A stretch of DNA of 64,000 bases, from the NCBI GenBank assembly GCA_020072585.1, contig JAIQGL010000006.1, forward strand, positions 101,808 through 165,807. Direction: 5' to 3'. Both the position numbers and the translations under genes were made by a program. Numbering within the stretch: the stretch's first letter is position 1; the number at the start of each line of letters is the position of its first letter. This document shows positions 63,444-64,000 of this stretch, piece after piece. The stretch comes from Terriglobia bacterium. GTDB lineage: Bacteria > Acidobacteriota > Terriglobia > Terriglobales > Acidobacteriaceae. A model generated the notes under the pieces. The model saw only the letters and a list, made by a program, of their open reading frames with translations. It did not search any database and was not told the DNA's origin.

Positions 63444-64000
63444 CTAGCGTGGTGGTAGAAGGTTCGCCTGCCGCCTGTCATAAAAATCTGCATCCTTGAT
63501 ATGCAGTTCCTTGTTGAGCCTGCGGAGGTTCCTGATAAAGAAGTAAGGCACCTGGGGCAGGTTCTGTTGGCTAAGTATTGGATCGTCAATGCGCCACGTC
63601 AGCTTTTCCAGCTTGATGGTTTCAGCGCAATCATTCAGGCTGCTGGCCAACTGGTTGAGGTAGACCGCATTGTCAAGATAAGGGATGTTATAGAGCAAGG
63701 TGTTTTCGCGCTCCCGCCTCTGCCATGTCTTCAGGACGTGCAACGCCCTTTCATATGGTCCAGCCGAAACTTCCAGACGCAGCATGGACGCCAGTTCCTC
63801 ACCAGGCTCTTTCTCAAATTGTTTGCGGATTTCCCCGGAAATATCTCCCATCACCACGATGGGAACATTCTGGTCCTGGGTGGGATACAGACCAAATGCT
63901 TCCGTCTGGGTCTGTGTGCCGTCACTCTTGATCAGCATGCCGAAGGCTGGGGCACCATAGCCGGGTGTTCCTCGGCCCGCAACCAGCACCACAAAATATC
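63444..64000 (-). CDS. Hypothetical protein; 5' end probably beyond the window edge
   Basis: The frame is open to base 64000 with no upstream stop. No recognisable motif. Confidence 0.4.
   Translation of the reverse strand, partial: YFVVLVAGRGTPGYGAPAFGMLIKSDGTQTQTEAFGLYPTQDQNVPIVVMGDISGEIRKQFEKEPGEELASMLRLEVSAGPYERALHVLKTWQRRERENTLLYNIPYLDNAVYLNQLASSLNDCAETIKLEKLTWRIDDPILSQQNLPQVPYFFIRNLRRLNKELHIKDADFYDRRQANLLPPR

Noticed and set aside
1-64000. Known phage-defence systems, integrases, prophage, rRNA or tRNA genes
   Set aside because: I found none on reading all frames. The only mobile-type genes are the Y1 transposase, the HEAR-nuclease gene and the ParDE remnant.

Overview
GC-rich chromosomal window. 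The gene content looks acidobacterial (Terriglobia-like): an ADOP-type duplicated FtsX permease behind a PadR regulator, a CadC-like wHTH-TPR regulator, and many short intergenic repeat families. This placement is inference only. Housekeeping blocks are a 5'-truncated methylmalonyl-CoA-mutase-family catalytic subunit, cmk, mutL and a complete gcvT-gcvH-gcvPA-gcvPB operon. Other content includes a tightly coupled ECF-sigma envelope operon, a secreted TldD/PmbA pair, proteases (S8, oligopeptidase B, M19), two tandem DUF4382-like lipoproteins, a di-haem cytochrome c plus P450 pair, and MerR, PadR, TetR and FmdB regulators. No rRNA, tRNA, CRISPR array or prophage was seen. Three things stand out. 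(1) A ~16 kb minus-strand acyl-CoA catabolic island (33.6-49.6 kb) joins a 4-hydroxybenzoyl-CoA-reductase-type molybdenum enzyme, whose FAD subunit carries the extra Cys-rich FeS loop, with a short orphan BoxB-type diiron oxygenase. It also holds a split glutaconate-type CoA-transferase, two crotonases, an aldehyde dehydrogenase, a PaaI thioesterase, an amidohydrolase and a TetR regulator. BoxA, BoxC and a CoA ligase are absent. (2) A MITE/REP-like inverted-repeat family fills almost every intergenic gap of that island and the gcvPA-gcvH gap. Its arm ends abut start and stop codons and even supply a stop codon and SD-like sequences. (3) A mobile and repeat hotspot at 11.3-14.4 kb contains a RAYT/IS200-like Y1 transposase with mirrored three-hairpin ends, a truncated ITPase, a HEAR-repeat plus PD-(D/E)xK-like nuclease gene behind a promoter-leader-terminator arrangement, and a 107-bp tandem repeat. 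All functional calls come from motif recognition by eye; no searches were run.
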